From positions 2,480,001-2,544,000 of the forward strand of contig OZ024749.1 in the NCBI GenBank assembly GCA_964016885.1: 64,000 nucleotides of DNA. The letters are read 5' to 3'. The stretch comes from Eledone cirrhosa (lineage: Eukaryota). The notes beneath the pieces were generated by a model. That model searched no databases. It saw only the letters and a list, made by a program, of their open reading frames with translations, and was not told the origin of the DNA. The position numbers and the translations under genes are program-made. Shown in pieces: positions 1-12,803 of this stretch (within the stretch, counting starts at the first letter, position 1; every line of letters begins with the position of its first letter).

Positions 1-494
1 TGAAGCAAAAATAAGACCAAACACTGTGTAATGTTTCTCTCCTTCCTTTAACCCCCCCCCCCCGTAACTCAATCCCTTAATTTCTTTAATTTTTTTTCAA
101 ATATTCCGTTTAATCTCCATTTTTCCCTTTCTTCATATTCTACTTTCTTTTTCGCCCTTTTTATTTATTTCCTTCCCTTTTCCATTCCTTCTTTCCCTCT
201 TCTTATTCCTCTTACCCTCTTCCCTTCTACCTTCCTCTCTACAATCTCCTCCCCTCATCTTTTTCTCTGTATTCTACATATATTTCCTTTTTTCTTGCAA
301 TCACTCTTTGATGTTTTCCGGTATTTCTAGTTCACCGTTTCACTCTTGCTGTGCAATTCTATTGCCGCCCTAAATATATTCCTTATGGCTTATTATCAAT
401 TATTTAACTTTTCATCAAATTGCGACAATATTGGCTGTTATTGACCATTCTTGGCACCAAACACACAATGCATATATACATATATAGATAGTTA

Positions 495-533
<39 letters not shown>

Positions 534-600
534 ATATCTATATATATATATAACTATATCTTTATCTATTTATACCAATTTCGTACCTCTCTCTCCCTCC

Positions 601-708
<108 letters not shown>

Positions 709-1172
709 CTGTGTGTAAAATGTAAACAGAAATAACGAATCAAACACAAACTACCTACCTATACGTTAAGCCAATCTTTCCATGGAGCAAGCACTAACAA
801 TATTTGTAAATCTATAATATCGATTCTATTTATTCTATTCTATTCTTTTACTTTTCTCTTTTGTTTCTCGTTTTCTCTTTATCTTAAGCGAATATCTCAA
901 TTCGAGCGTGAAATTTCTACAACTCAGCCTGATTACATTTCAATGTGGAACGCTAGCAAAAGAACAATATTGATTTCTGCTAGAGATAATTCTAGCCTCT
1001 ACCTACCCAATATTGGTCGGTGTTTTTAGAAACAGCGTTACATGATGGCGTATGTAAGGTGGTGGTTGCCAAGTTTATTACGTGAATATATACACGATTG
1101 ACATACAACCGAGAGTCTAACTGTAACAACCCCTCCCCATATATATATATATATAGTGAGAGCGAGAGAGAA

Positions 1173-1217
<45 letters not shown>

Positions 1218-2146
1218 TAGGGAGAGAGAGAGAGAGAGAGTGTGTGTGTGTGTTTATTTCAGGTGGCACTTCTTGATAACAGGTGCTAATGGCTTAACTT
1301 GTGTAAACAAACGCCACGGTGTGTCACGGTATATAGAGCCCTCTGATTACGAAACGTGCGTACTTGAACCACAGCTACGCATGTACCAATAAATGGATCA
1401 TAACATATTTGTAAAATCATTCAGTTTTGTCTCTGAACACGCAGTATGCTCCACACTGCCACACGTACATACATCGAAATATCTCTTTATTCTGAAGGTC
1501 TTCAATGCTTTCAGAATTATTTGTCATGTGACACAACCGCCACAGTAAAGCTGTATGTTAGTATAACGAAGTATTGTTAAAATATCTCATGATTATAGTT
1601 GGTCTAAAGCTTCATATCAGACCATGGGCCTAAAACATTGAAGAGAGATTGAGTGAACAGAGACTAATTGGTCTTTGGTCTGCTAACAAAGACGAATGAA
1701 TATTTCATACCGAGAGTTTCTGTAAAGGTCCTGCACACAGCTCCAGTGTTATGCAAATGTTTATACAGGGGGAATTACATAACTAACTATAGAAGGACCC
1801 AGAGGGTTACGCAGCTTCCTAAGACTAATGTGTGTGTGTATATATATATTTATATATATATATATATATACTATTATAATTATTATCATATCACACACAC
1901 ACACACACATGGATGTATGTATGTAAGTATATGTATGCATGTGTGTCTATATGCGTACATCTTCAGTCGCCAATGCTGCCGTGTCCTACGTTATAGTACT
2001 GTTGATGTCTAGGTTATGTGAAGTCGTGTCATGTTGGCTATACGACTTCATCGATTTCAGACTCCATTATTGAGAGATACAACATTATTTAAATGTAGGA
2101 TGAAAGGTTGAAATGTTGCTCAGAATAATCTGCGGGACGTCGGCCA

Positions 2147-2215
<69 letters not shown>

Positions 2216-2274
2216 ATTAGTCGGCAGGTTTTTAATCAACCACACCTCTTCAATTAAATATATATATATATATA

Positions 2275-3177
2275 TAAAGGTTTACATATATATATATATA
2301 CATATATACATATACGTGTTTTGCAACGGGTCACTTTGTGGCTCAATGAAAAGTTAATAAATGAAATAATCAGAGCTATATATCATAAAACATGTCAATA
2401 GAATCCCCAGATAAAATATATACCATTTCCTCTCCCAATTAGCATAAGAATTGCTTACGGCTGGTGGCTTTTTGCTAGAAAGTGCAGCACAATACAGCGA
2501 TAGCTCTGATTATTTAATTTATTATACCTCGATAGCTCTGATTATTTAATTTATTAACTTTTCATTGAGCCACAAAGTGACTCGTTGCTAAACACGTATA
2601 TGTATACATGTATATATATATATATATGTAAACCTTTATATGTAATAATCTCCCGTTAGGTTGAGATAAAAATTTGGCTGTATTGTGCTGCGCTCTCTAG
2701 CAAAAAGCCACCAGCCGTAAGCAACTAACCACACTCCTTCCAACCTGACCGCTGCTACGTCACAATTCTTAGCCATTTTTGATGTATTCTTGGCGCGATC
2801 ACTTTGGAAAATTTATTGTCTAGATCTGAGCTAACTCCTGAAGAGTCCGGTGCTCAAGGTTCCGAAGTTATCGGATATCTTAAAATGTGGACGAAACCAT
2901 GGTCGAGGTAAATAAATGTATTCTCTTTTCTCCTAGTTTATTTTACACCTAATTCTGTTTAATTGACTGTATATCTGGGTGATTACGCTGTCGAAATATT
3001 CGATAAATATTCCGTCGCAGCCGGCGCGAAGGGCTGGATTCGGTTATTTGTTGGAGATTTCTTCATAGAAGCCTTATTCTTATAGCTTGATCTATTCGAT
3101 TTTTTATATGGTTAATTATGCTAATTGGGAGAGGAAATGATATATGTTTTATCTAGTGATTCTATAGACATGTTTTA

Positions 3178-3181
<4 letters not shown>
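2275..3181 (+). mobile_element. (TA)n-flanked cassette with three interleaved inverted-repeat pairs and an internal hammerhead ribozyme (PLE-terminus-like)
   Basis: ~2275-2378 is the reverse complement of ~2532-2640, ~2451-2498 of ~2677-2725, and ~2379-2446 of ~3116-3183; (TA)n on both sides. Confidence 0.75.
2835..2907 (+). ncRNA. Minimal type I hammerhead ribozyme
   Basis: ctc-CTGAAGA-gtcc...ggac-GAAA-ccatg-GTC-gag: conserved core, helix II gtcc/ggac, palindromic helix III ACCATGGT, helix I ctc/gag. Confidence 0.8.
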
Positions 3182-3241
<60 letters not shown>

Positions 3242-3485
3242 CAAGCTATCTATTTACCTAATACTCTATGTATCGGTTTATTTATCTATCTATACCCCAT
3301 CTACAACACCCTGTATCTTTATCTAAGGTGTTATCGATTAAGCAACTGATGCCTACAGTTCAGGCACCTTTGATGAATTGCCAACAATAATGTAGTTAAC
3401 CTATTTTTCTTTTATTGGTGGGAGTTCATTTCCCTGAAAGATTAAGACAAATACTGCAACACATATCTATCTATATACTACTAAA

Positions 3486-3724
3486 CCTGTACATGGAAAA
3501 GATGAAGGAACGAGGGAGCACCCTCTCTCTGTGCTACCGAGGAGAAGGGTTGCACACTTTATTCGGGGGTGTGTGCGACTCCCCAAAACGCCTCCTCCCT
3601 ATTGAGGACTTTATTGTTAATTATATATTTATTTGTTTTCTTTACTCGCCTTTTTATGTAACCCCCGCCCCCCGTCTTGTATGTGTCCCCTTCTTTTGCG
3701 CCCTCGTGGCAATAAATAGAAATA
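3486..3724 (+). mobile_element. 5'-truncated non-LTR retrotransposon 3' end with ~18-bp target-site duplication
   Basis: Bracketed by direct repeat tatctatatactactaaa (3468-3485 and 3725-3742); ends in aataaatagaaat. Confidence 0.5.
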
Positions 3725-3726
3725 TA

Positions 3727-3907
3727 TCTATATACTACTAAAACTCTGTGATTGTGTATTGTCTATAATTTAATACAGCCAAAATGGCGCATAATGGGAA
3801 AATATTTTGAAAGGAACTTGCCCCTAAAATGGGAATACAAATGGAATAAAACAAGTAAAGCACGGGTTTCCGAGATACGTAGTTTTTCCGGGTACCTTCA
3901 TAAATAG

Positions 3908-3989
<82 letters not shown>

Positions 3990-4466
3990 GGTTGTGAGAG
4001 AGTAGATTGAAAAAGAGAGACATAGTGAGAGAGAGAAGGAGACAGAGAAGGAAAATGGAAGAGAGTGAGAGAGAGAGATGGTGGTGTTGTTGAATGAAAT
4101 TATAACAGGTGACTTCAAACATAGGAATACAGAATTACTGTATCTAACATCAATTTGGTGACTGACTATTAAGTCATATGTGTCATATAACATGTGTTAA
4201 GATAGGGTGTATGTAGAGAATATTTCTTGCTAAATAGGAAGGGTTTCTAAGTGTGCGTATATATGTGTGTGTATGTGTGACAGTGATCAGTGTATATAGG
4301 TCAGGTCACAGACACCCACATATATATATATACAAACACACACACACACATATATATATACGGGCCTTCAAATTTTATTTTACATTATATACATATATGT
4401 GTATATGTTAATTATTTAAACATTTTTAATTGAACGTGACCTAAAGGGTCACAGGTTGACTACTAG
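3727..4466 (+). mobile_element. Non-autonomous Helitron-like element
   Basis: 5' a|TCtatatactactaaa; 3' hairpin gtgacc-taaag-ggtcac (4436-4452) 10 nt upstream of CTAG (4463-4466); the base after CTAG is A rather than the canonical T. Confidence 0.6.
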
Positions 4467-4955
4467 ATATATATAAATCCTACACAAAACGACATCTCGC
4501 CGCGCAGATGACATGAAATCTACAACAGCCATTAATTCGAATACAATTTGGTAGCATGTGCCATGACTCCAATAAAGCTTTCCGGGGCCCATGAACCCAG
4601 GAGCACCCTATTCCTTCACTGAGCCTCACCCTATTCCTTCCTTAATACAAGGGAACATCTAATATCTGGTAATGTATTTAAGGACCCTGGAAAGATTACA
4701 AGTAAAGTGGAACTCGGTGGGATTCGAGATCAGCATGCTGAGTCACGTGTCAAATACCAAACTGAATTATATGTCTATATACTAAAAACATCTAAATACA
4801 GGTTGAGAGTTCGAACTCCGGCCAGGACGATGCCTTATATCCTTGAGCAAGATATTTCATTTTACGTTGCTCCGAATAGCTGGATTCAGACCGATAGATA
4901 GTACTAGCAATTGGAAAGACCAATGGAAACATTGTTTCCTCGGTTCGATTTGACG

Positions 4956-5033
<78 letters not shown>

Positions 5034-5166
5034 CTATATATATATATATATATATATATGTCTGTGTCTGTGTGTGTGTGTAAAAGGTAAACATAAATAA
5101 CAACACAATCGGTACAGTATATGGAAGGGATATATTACGTTAACACTTGATATAGCAGGAAGAGGG

Positions 5167-5202
5167 TCTTAACGTTTCGGACGCTACTCCTTCATCAGAA
5201 GA
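5167..5202 (-). ncRNA. Minimal hammerhead ribozyme
   Basis: Minus strand reads tctt-CTGATGA-agga-gtagcg-tcc-GAAACGTT-aaga. Confidence 0.75.
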
Positions 5203-5614
5203 AAGAATGAGGAATAAGATAGATTGAGTGGACGGGCGGGTTGGAATTGGAAAAAATGTCTTTAGATAAAAATAACAGGTCCATTCATGTTGACATCTCT
5301 TGCAAAACTGTTGGTGCTGGCGTTTTGTGTATGATTTGTTTTTTTAGAAAAGTGGATGATGGAGCGCGTCTACCTGAAATGGAAGTCCCTTATTAAATAT
5401 ATTCGCTAAAGTGTACGTTGCATATTTATATATATTTTAACCCCTCTCCCCTATTTTCGAATACATATTTTATTTACATTATTCGGCTTTTACAAATAAT
5501 ATTTGTTTCTTGTCTTACAGTAATTGTCAACCACTCTAGAATGACATGCATGTAATTTCCGTAAGTGCTAAATATATCTATATATCTATATATATACACA
5601 CACTTATTTTTTTA

Positions 5615-5975
5615 ATTTGTTTTGAAAGATTTCTTATCTGAAAACGGGTGTTCAAACAGATATTACTATATTTTGGGAGGGTCATACTGCCAATAAAAAC
5701 ACACGCACCTGTTGATTTTTCACTTCAATTTATTATAAATTTCCGGTTGTATGATTCGTTCGATAATCTGATGGTTGTTTATATATTGCCAAAGTCCTAT
5801 AGCAACCATCCGGGTATTCACTTCAATGTGGTTGGTTCGATAACCGGATAGTTGCTATAGAATTTTGACAATATATAAACAACCATCAGGTTGTTGAACC
5901 AACCACATTGAAGTGAAATCCAATTGGTGCGCGTTTATATATTGGCAGCATGAACCTCCCAAAATATAACACTAT
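5615..5975. mobile_element. Fold-back cassette, family B (also 14412-14757, 22360-22440)
   Basis: gggagggtcatactgccaata...cacttcaat and its reverse complement attgaagtg...ttggcagcatgaacctccc; nested internal inverted repeat; abuts (TA)n. Confidence 0.75.
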
Positions 5976-5999
5976 ATATATATATATATATGTGTGTGT

Positions 6000-6189
6000 G
6001 AGAAAAACCCCAAACCCTCCATCTCAATTCTAATTTTGAAAAGCACAAGAACTGCGAAACCGGTAAAGGAATCAAATAAATAAATATAAAAAAAAAAAGA
6101 CTCCATTTTCGATTTCATCTTTTTTCCTTATACTTTCACTCGTGTAGGACACCTCGTTTTTTTTTTCATTTTGTAAAAAAAAACCTCAC

Positions 6190-6197
<8 letters not shown>
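6000..6197 (+). mobile_element. Family C cassette (single arm; also 21417-21770) with U3-A8 variant hammerhead at ~6034-6068
   Basis: ttgaaaa-gcacaagaactgc-gaaaccggtaaagg; sequence shared with 21630-21770 and with the reverse complement of 21417-21510; between microsatellites. Confidence 0.7.
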
Positions 6198-6246
<49 letters not shown>

Positions 6247-6361
6247 GAGGTGAGTTTTATTGTAGTACAATAAAGCAATGCAGATATCGGATAAGAAGCA
6301 CTCTACAGTTTGTAGGACTGGAGTATATATAAGAACAAAAGATGGTTAAAAGAGTTCCATG

Positions 6362-6432
6362 TATTTTATTATGCGCATTTCAAAAACAAATATCATCATG
6401 CAATAACATTTGTGTTTTCATCAGATAAAATA
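6362..6432 (-). ncRNA. Hammerhead ribozyme in family D cassette (6245-6530; partial copies 39983-40130, 60660-60715)
   Basis: Minus strand: tattttat-CTGATGA-aaacacaaat...atttgttttt-GAAA-tgcgca-TA-ataaaata; 8-bp helix I, palindromic ATGCGCAT. Confidence 0.8.
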
Positions 6433-6526
6433 GGAAGACATGATATGAAGGTTAAAAAACACTTGTGGATAGTTCAGTTTTAAATCAACATATGATTAAT
6501 CAATGAACCTTGTTTAACTTTTGGTC

Positions 6527-6851
<325 letters not shown>

Positions 6852-6942
6852 TTAAAACTGTTATACTCTGCTATGTATTGAGTACCTTACTTACTGTGGT
6901 TACCTCCGATTCAACCCGGAATAACGTATGTATATATATATG

Positions 6943-7149
<207 letters not shown>

Positions 7150-7151
7150 CA

Positions 7152-7200
<49 letters not shown>

Positions 7201-7206
7201 GTATAC

Positions 7207-7257
<51 letters not shown>

Positions 7258-7259
<2 letters not shown>

Positions 7260-7440
7260 CTGAGCTCAAGCCTTTTCGACGGCTAATTCTGGACTATTTA
7301 GTCCAGAATTAGCCGTCGAAACGGCTTGAGTTCAGCCGCCGGGCTCCTACTCGTTCCTGTTACCCACTATACTACCCTAAGTTTGAGTACTTTGGTGCGT
7401 TATGGTCCATCTGGTTCCTTACCACATTTCCTTCGTTATA
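7258..7440 (+). mobile_element. Fold-back cassette family F (also 32048-32174, 40311-40471)
   Basis: Hairpin 7258-7337 then tail ending accacatttccttcgtt-(TA)n; contains the 3' half of a hammerhead GAAAcggct...agccg. Confidence 0.85.
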
Positions 7441-7563
7441 TATATATATATATATATATGAGAGTGTGTGTATAAGTGAGTACATATATAAATGTATGCG
7501 TGTTTGTATGTATCTTCACACCAAATGTACCATTTCAGTCTATATCCTAAGTCAGAGTATATC

Positions 7564-7641
<78 letters not shown>

Positions 7642-7944
7642 CAGGAAGCGATATATACACAAGATGTAGCCGGATGTTATTTTAACCGTACCCCCTCATG
7701 CACGTTAATACAGCTAAACTTATCTTATCACAACATTTTACTAACTTTCTTTGCCTCATTAAGATGAAGCTGTATCAGGGTAGTTATCCGAAGGAGTTAT
7801 ACCCCATAACAGTCTTATAATATCTCTTTATGTAGGCAACAATTAGAGGAAAAAATATTTCAGGGTGTATGGATGGTTATTCCTTCGATTCTCTCAACCA
7901 TCTTTATTGCTACCACATTTAGTGGGTTAGCGTGCACACATGTT

Positions 7945-7993
<49 letters not shown>

Positions 7994-8007
7994 ATATGTA
8001 TGTCTAT

Positions 8008-8207
8008 NNNNNNNNNNNNNNNNNNNNNNNNNNNNNNNNNNNNNNNNNNNNNNNNNNNNNNNNNNNNNNNNNNNNNNNNNNNNNNNNNNNNNNNNNNNNN
8101 NNNNNNNNNNNNNNNNNNNNNNNNNNNNNNNNNNNNNNNNNNNNNNNNNNNNNNNNNNNNNNNNNNNNNNNNNNNNNNNNNNNNNNNNNNNNNNNNNNNN
8201 NNNNNNN
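8008..8207. other. Assembly gap (200 N)
   Basis: Run of N. Confidence 1.
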
Positions 8208-9020
8208 GTGTGTTAGATTCCTTGCCGAGGTGGTGTGGGTTAGATTCCTTGCCGAGGTGGTGTGGGTTAGATTCCTTGCCGAGGTGGTGTTGGGTTAGAT
8301 TCCTTGCCGAGGTGGTGTGTGTTAGATTCCTTGCCGAGGTGGTGTGTGTTAGATTCCTTGCCGAGGTGGTGTGGGTTAGATTCCTTGCCGAGGTGGTGTG
8401 AGTGTGGAGTAGATTCCTTGCCGAGGTGGTGTGAGTTAGATTCCTTGCCGAGGTGGTGTGTGTTAGATTCCTTGCCGAGGTGGTGTGGGTTAGATTCCTT
8501 GCCGAGGTGGTGTGAGTGTGGAGTAGATTCCTTGCCGAGGTGGTGTGAGTTAGATTCCTTGCCGAGGTGATGTGTGTTAGATTCCTTGCCGAGGTGGTAT
8601 GAGTTAGATTCCGTGCCGAGGTGGTGTGGGTTAGATTCCTTGCCGAGGTGGGGTGAGTTAGATTCCTTGCCGAGGTGGTGTGAGTTAGATTCCTTGCCGA
8701 GGTGGTGTGAGTTAGATTCCTTGCCCAGGTGGTGTGAGTGTGGAGTAGATTCCTTGCCGAAGGGGTGTGAGTTAGATTCCTTGCCGAGGAGGTGTGTGTG
8801 GGGTAGATTCTTGCCGAGGAGGTGTGTGTGGGGTAGATTCCTTGCCGAGGTGGTGTGAGTTAGATTCCTTGCCGAGGTGGTATGAGTTAGATTCCTTGCC
8901 GAGATGGTGTGTGTTAGATTCCTTGCCGAGGTGGTGTGTGTTAGATTCCTTGCCGAGGTGGTGTGTGTAGGGTAGATTCCTTGCCGAGGTGGTGTGTGTG
9001 TGGTAGATTCCTTGCCGAGA
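8208..9020. repeat. ~25-bp minisatellite (gtgtgttagattccttgccgaggtg), ~30 copies, truncated by the gap
   Basis: Direct tandem repeats with variable GT-rich linker. Confidence 0.97.
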
Positions 9021-9200
9021 AGCTGTGTATATATACAAATGTGGGGGATAGATGTTATCTCATGTTAGAACTGGTCTTTGTGTGTGTATGTGTGTGAGAG
9101 AGAGAATAAATGAAGGTGTAAGCGTGTGTGTGTGTCCGTGCGTGTATGTGTGCGTGTGTGTGTGTGGGGTGTGTGCGTAAATATGGGGCTAGAAGCTCTA

Positions 9201-10285
9201 TCAAATTATAAATTGGGTGTTGAGTTCAAGTCTATTATTGATTGGTGGTTGTGTTTTGTCTATAATTACTGCTTCCTTAATTCTAAGATTGCCGAGGTTT
9301 CTTTCCTTAGTTTCTATCCTAACTGTTATGGTTTTGTCGGTGTTTTTGCATTTAACTAGGTGTTTCTTACATTAGGAAGCGTTAGTATTGAGGTGTTCTT
9401 TTATTCTTATGTGGAGTGGTCTGGTGGTGCTACCTACGTAGAAGTTGCTGCATTTGTCACACTCTAGTCTGTATACGACGTAAGCCTGGTGGCATAGGTC
9501 TGTGTCGTTGATGGGGCAGTTGGCTAGCTTGCAGCAGTTGTCATGTCTGGTGGAGTGTCTTTTGGTTAGCTGTCCGCGTAGAGAAGGACCTGAGTGGGCC
9601 AGTTGGATATCTAGTCCCTCTCGTCTGATAGCTCTGTGGATGGCTGTTGTTGTTTCGTCACTGAAGTGTGGGAGCTTCAGGAAGCAAGTGTTAGTGCCTC
9701 GGGTGTGGCGTCCCTCTGTTCTTTCTGGCACGGTTTGTGGTGGATGTCGTGTATCCGTTCAGTTTGAGTACTTCCAGGAAATGTGTGGTGTGTGTGTCTC
9801 GATCTCTAGCGTCGGTGCATTTGTTCCGGATACGTGTTAGTTCGTTCCTAATGTATCCTAACTTAGCGCCGGCTGGGAGGGCCGATCTGAAATGTACGAA
9901 CAGGTCCCTGCTGGCGGCTTTTTTATAGAAGCAGGTGTGGATGTTGCCTTCCTCTGTTATCCTGAGTTGGAAGTCCAGTAGGGATAGGGATCCGCGGTCA
10001 TCGGGGTTTTCCTTGCTGAACTTTATACTGGCGTCCATGCTGGAGAATGTTGTGTATATTTTATCTGCCTCCTCACGGGATGATGTAAGGATGAGTATGT
10101 CATCTACATATCGGGTGAAGAAGGTATGGGAATGGCAGGTGTTGAGGGCTCGGAATTCTAGCTGGTTCATATAGGTGATGGCCAGCAGGCCCGATAGGCT
10201 GGATCCCATGGGTAATCCTGTTGTCTGTCTGTATGTGTGGTGGTGGAAGGTGAAGTACGTGTTGTCTACTGTGAAGGACATGTAT
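9201..10285 (-). pseudogene. 5'-truncated Penelope-like element ORF: reverse transcriptase C-terminal half, thumb and GIY-YIG endonuclease
   Basis: [31 protein letters not shown]; then VVYRLECDKCSNFYVGSTTRPLHIRIKEHL; frameshift near 9725, premature stop at 9372, frame continues ...LRIKEAVIIDKTQPPINNR to stop at 9201; 5' junction is a (TA)n tract. Confidence 0.95.
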
Positions 10286-10295
10286 ATATGCGTGG

Positions 10296-10375
<80 letters not shown>

Positions 10376-10390
10376 GTAAATATATGTATA

Positions 10391-10453
<63 letters not shown>

Positions 10454-10473
10454 GTATATGTATATATATATAT

Positions 10474-10678
10474 AGTAATAATAATAAATTTGAAGACTAA
10501 AATCCAAAGAGGTCTCCATAAGGATAAATATATATCAAATATATAAGAACCGTAGAGCAAATATTTATTAAAATAACAGATTAATGTTTAATCAAAGAAT
10601 CGCTGCTTTCACCATTAACGGGATTTTATGAAGCAGCGATTCTTTGCTTAAACATTAATCTGTCATTTTAATAAATAT
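10474..10678. mobile_element. Fold-back cassette family G (also 21941-22142, 55961-56035, ~61998-62030)
   Basis: Hairpin ~10561-10678 (atatttattaaaataacagatt.../...aatctgtcattttaataaatat) plus tail; (TA)n both sides. Confidence 0.85.
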
Positions 10679-10810
10679 ATATATATATATATATATACTA
10701 TTTAAATACACAAGTTTGCGCAAACACATGCACAAATATGTGTGAGTATATATATATATATATATATATGTAAATATACATATATGTATATATATGTATA
10801 TATATTTATG

Positions 10811-10879
<69 letters not shown>

Positions 10880-10884
10880 TTATG

Positions 10885-10934
<50 letters not shown>

Positions 10935-10971
10935 GAAGGATTTTAATGGATACAGTTTAGTTAAAAGGAAT

Positions 10972-11092
10972 TTATTGACACGTGTTTCTATAACAGTTAC
11001 ATAACCTGAAAACAGCTGCTATCTACAAAGTATTAGTTATGCAGACATTCAATATTTCAATGTTATTATCAAGTGTCATTTCATCGGAATAA
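10972..11092 (-). ncRNA. Hammerhead ribozyme with long helix II in the putative 3' terminus of the second PLE (partial copy 19339-19468)
   Basis: Minus strand: ttatt-CCGATGA-...-GAAA-cacgtg-TC-aataa; palindromic ACACGTGT; U4C core variant. Confidence 0.6.
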
Positions 11093-11598
11093 TTTTACTG
11101 AGGACCTGTTTATTAGGAGGGAGGGGTGAAGTTGTTAGAAGAATAGTTGAGGGAGTGGTTTTTTGATAGCAGTGAGAATTTTTGGTGGCAGTGAGTAATT
11201 AGATTCCCATCTGTTGTTTTGACATTTTTATAGAATATATTATTGATTATTTTTCTAAATCTATAGAAGGATTAGAAATTGTATAGATATGCGTGGTTGG
11301 TTTTTTGTTTGCACTTAATTAACATTCAGACTTAAATTTTTCTTTCAAGTGTACGTATCCTTTCGCCACGCATTCACACACAAACTTATATGCAAACCTC
11401 TACAAAATACATATACTCACATACACATACTTACATGCTCATACTTACATACATATACACATGCATACATATATATATACACATATATACATGTACATAC
11501 ATACGCGTTCATGTGTATACATTTTCATACTCAACTTATCTTTATATACACACGTATAGACACACACATATATACACCCATACTCCAGTCTATGTGTG

Positions 11599-11659
<61 letters not shown>

Positions 11660-11934
11660 GCTTTAATACATGAATGCACTTACATCTAACTATCCACATC
11701 AAACATATATATATATTTACTTATTTATATACATTTTCACATATATATTCATACTTATGGTCGCTTTTAGACACATCATTATAGCATATTTGCACCTATT
11801 CTCATCAGCATATCTTTCCATTATTAGTGTGGTAATTTAAGGTTATTAATAGTACATATATATGTTGAGAAGAGATTGTTTTTATATTTTTCTAACTAGA
11901 TTGAGGTTTATATAGTCGGGGGGATGTCCCTCTT

Positions 11935-12360
11935 TTATGTAATATTCAGCTTGTAGTGGGAAAAAAGGGTTTTAGTTCGGTGACGGCAGAATAATGTTCG
12001 TTCAATTCTGTTATTCAGCAATTTCCTCTTGTGTGTGATTATGTAATAGATCTCAAGATTACACAATTTGCAGAAATTTTGGCTCCTGGAAAAGCCTTGG
12101 GTTTTAGCTAATTTCTCCCATTTTAGGGTAAACTTTTGATCGCTATCCCTGAGCGTCCAAGCTTTTTCTGCTAAAGTTGTTACATTTCTTTGGCTCTGGT
12201 GTTTTATTGAGTAAGAATGCCTATATAATCGAGATTTAAACGATGTTGCCTCTGATCCCACGTAATACCACTCGTTGCCTCCGGATTTAATGGTACACTT
12301 ATAAAATCCTTCTATTTTTCTCCGGATTACTTTGGAACTACAACTGGAACCGTCGAGCAA
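11935..12360 (-). pseudogene. GIY-YIG endonuclease C-terminus of a second, divergent Penelope-like element
   Basis: FYKCTI...YYVGSEATSFKSRLYRH...TTLAEKAW...LKWE...CKLCNLE...LLNNR...CRH motifs. Confidence 0.85.
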
Positions 12361-12424
12361 ACTCTACGTGAGCTGTCCATCTACTGTGTGTAATATTTAT
12401 ATTACAACACTACGGAAAATACTG

Positions 12425-12465
<41 letters not shown>

Positions 12466-12468
<3 letters not shown>

Positions 12469-12803
12469 GAGATTACAATAATCAAAGTTCAGTTTAAATC
12501 ATTATTTGCTTACAATTTTTATTTTTATTTATTTAAATCATTTATTTGCTTACAATTTTTATTTTTATCCTTTAACCTTTATATGTAAATTGCCATGCTA
12601 TATCATTTTGATGGATGTCATCCCACTGTGGGTCAATATATGCATATGTTTTTATATGTCTCTTGTGTTGAAAAGGAGGTCAAGTATGTTATATATCACT
12701 AAATAGTTGCTCCGAAGATTCCAAACCTTGGTTGGTTTGGAGGAAACAATTGTAAGCAAATAAATGATTTAAACTGAACTTTGATTATTGTAATCTCTAT
12801 ATA
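12466..12803 (+). mobile_element. Inverted-repeat cassette with hammerhead at 12707-12759
   Basis: tatagagattacaataatcaaagttcagtttaaatcat / atgatttaaactgaactttgattattgtaatctctata; ttgct-CCGAAGA-ttccaaacc..ggtttggag-GAAA-caattg-TA-agcaa. Confidence 0.8.

Noticed and set aside
8304-9038. LDSLPRW repeat proteins
   Set aside because: Produced by a 25-bp satellite cycling through frames.
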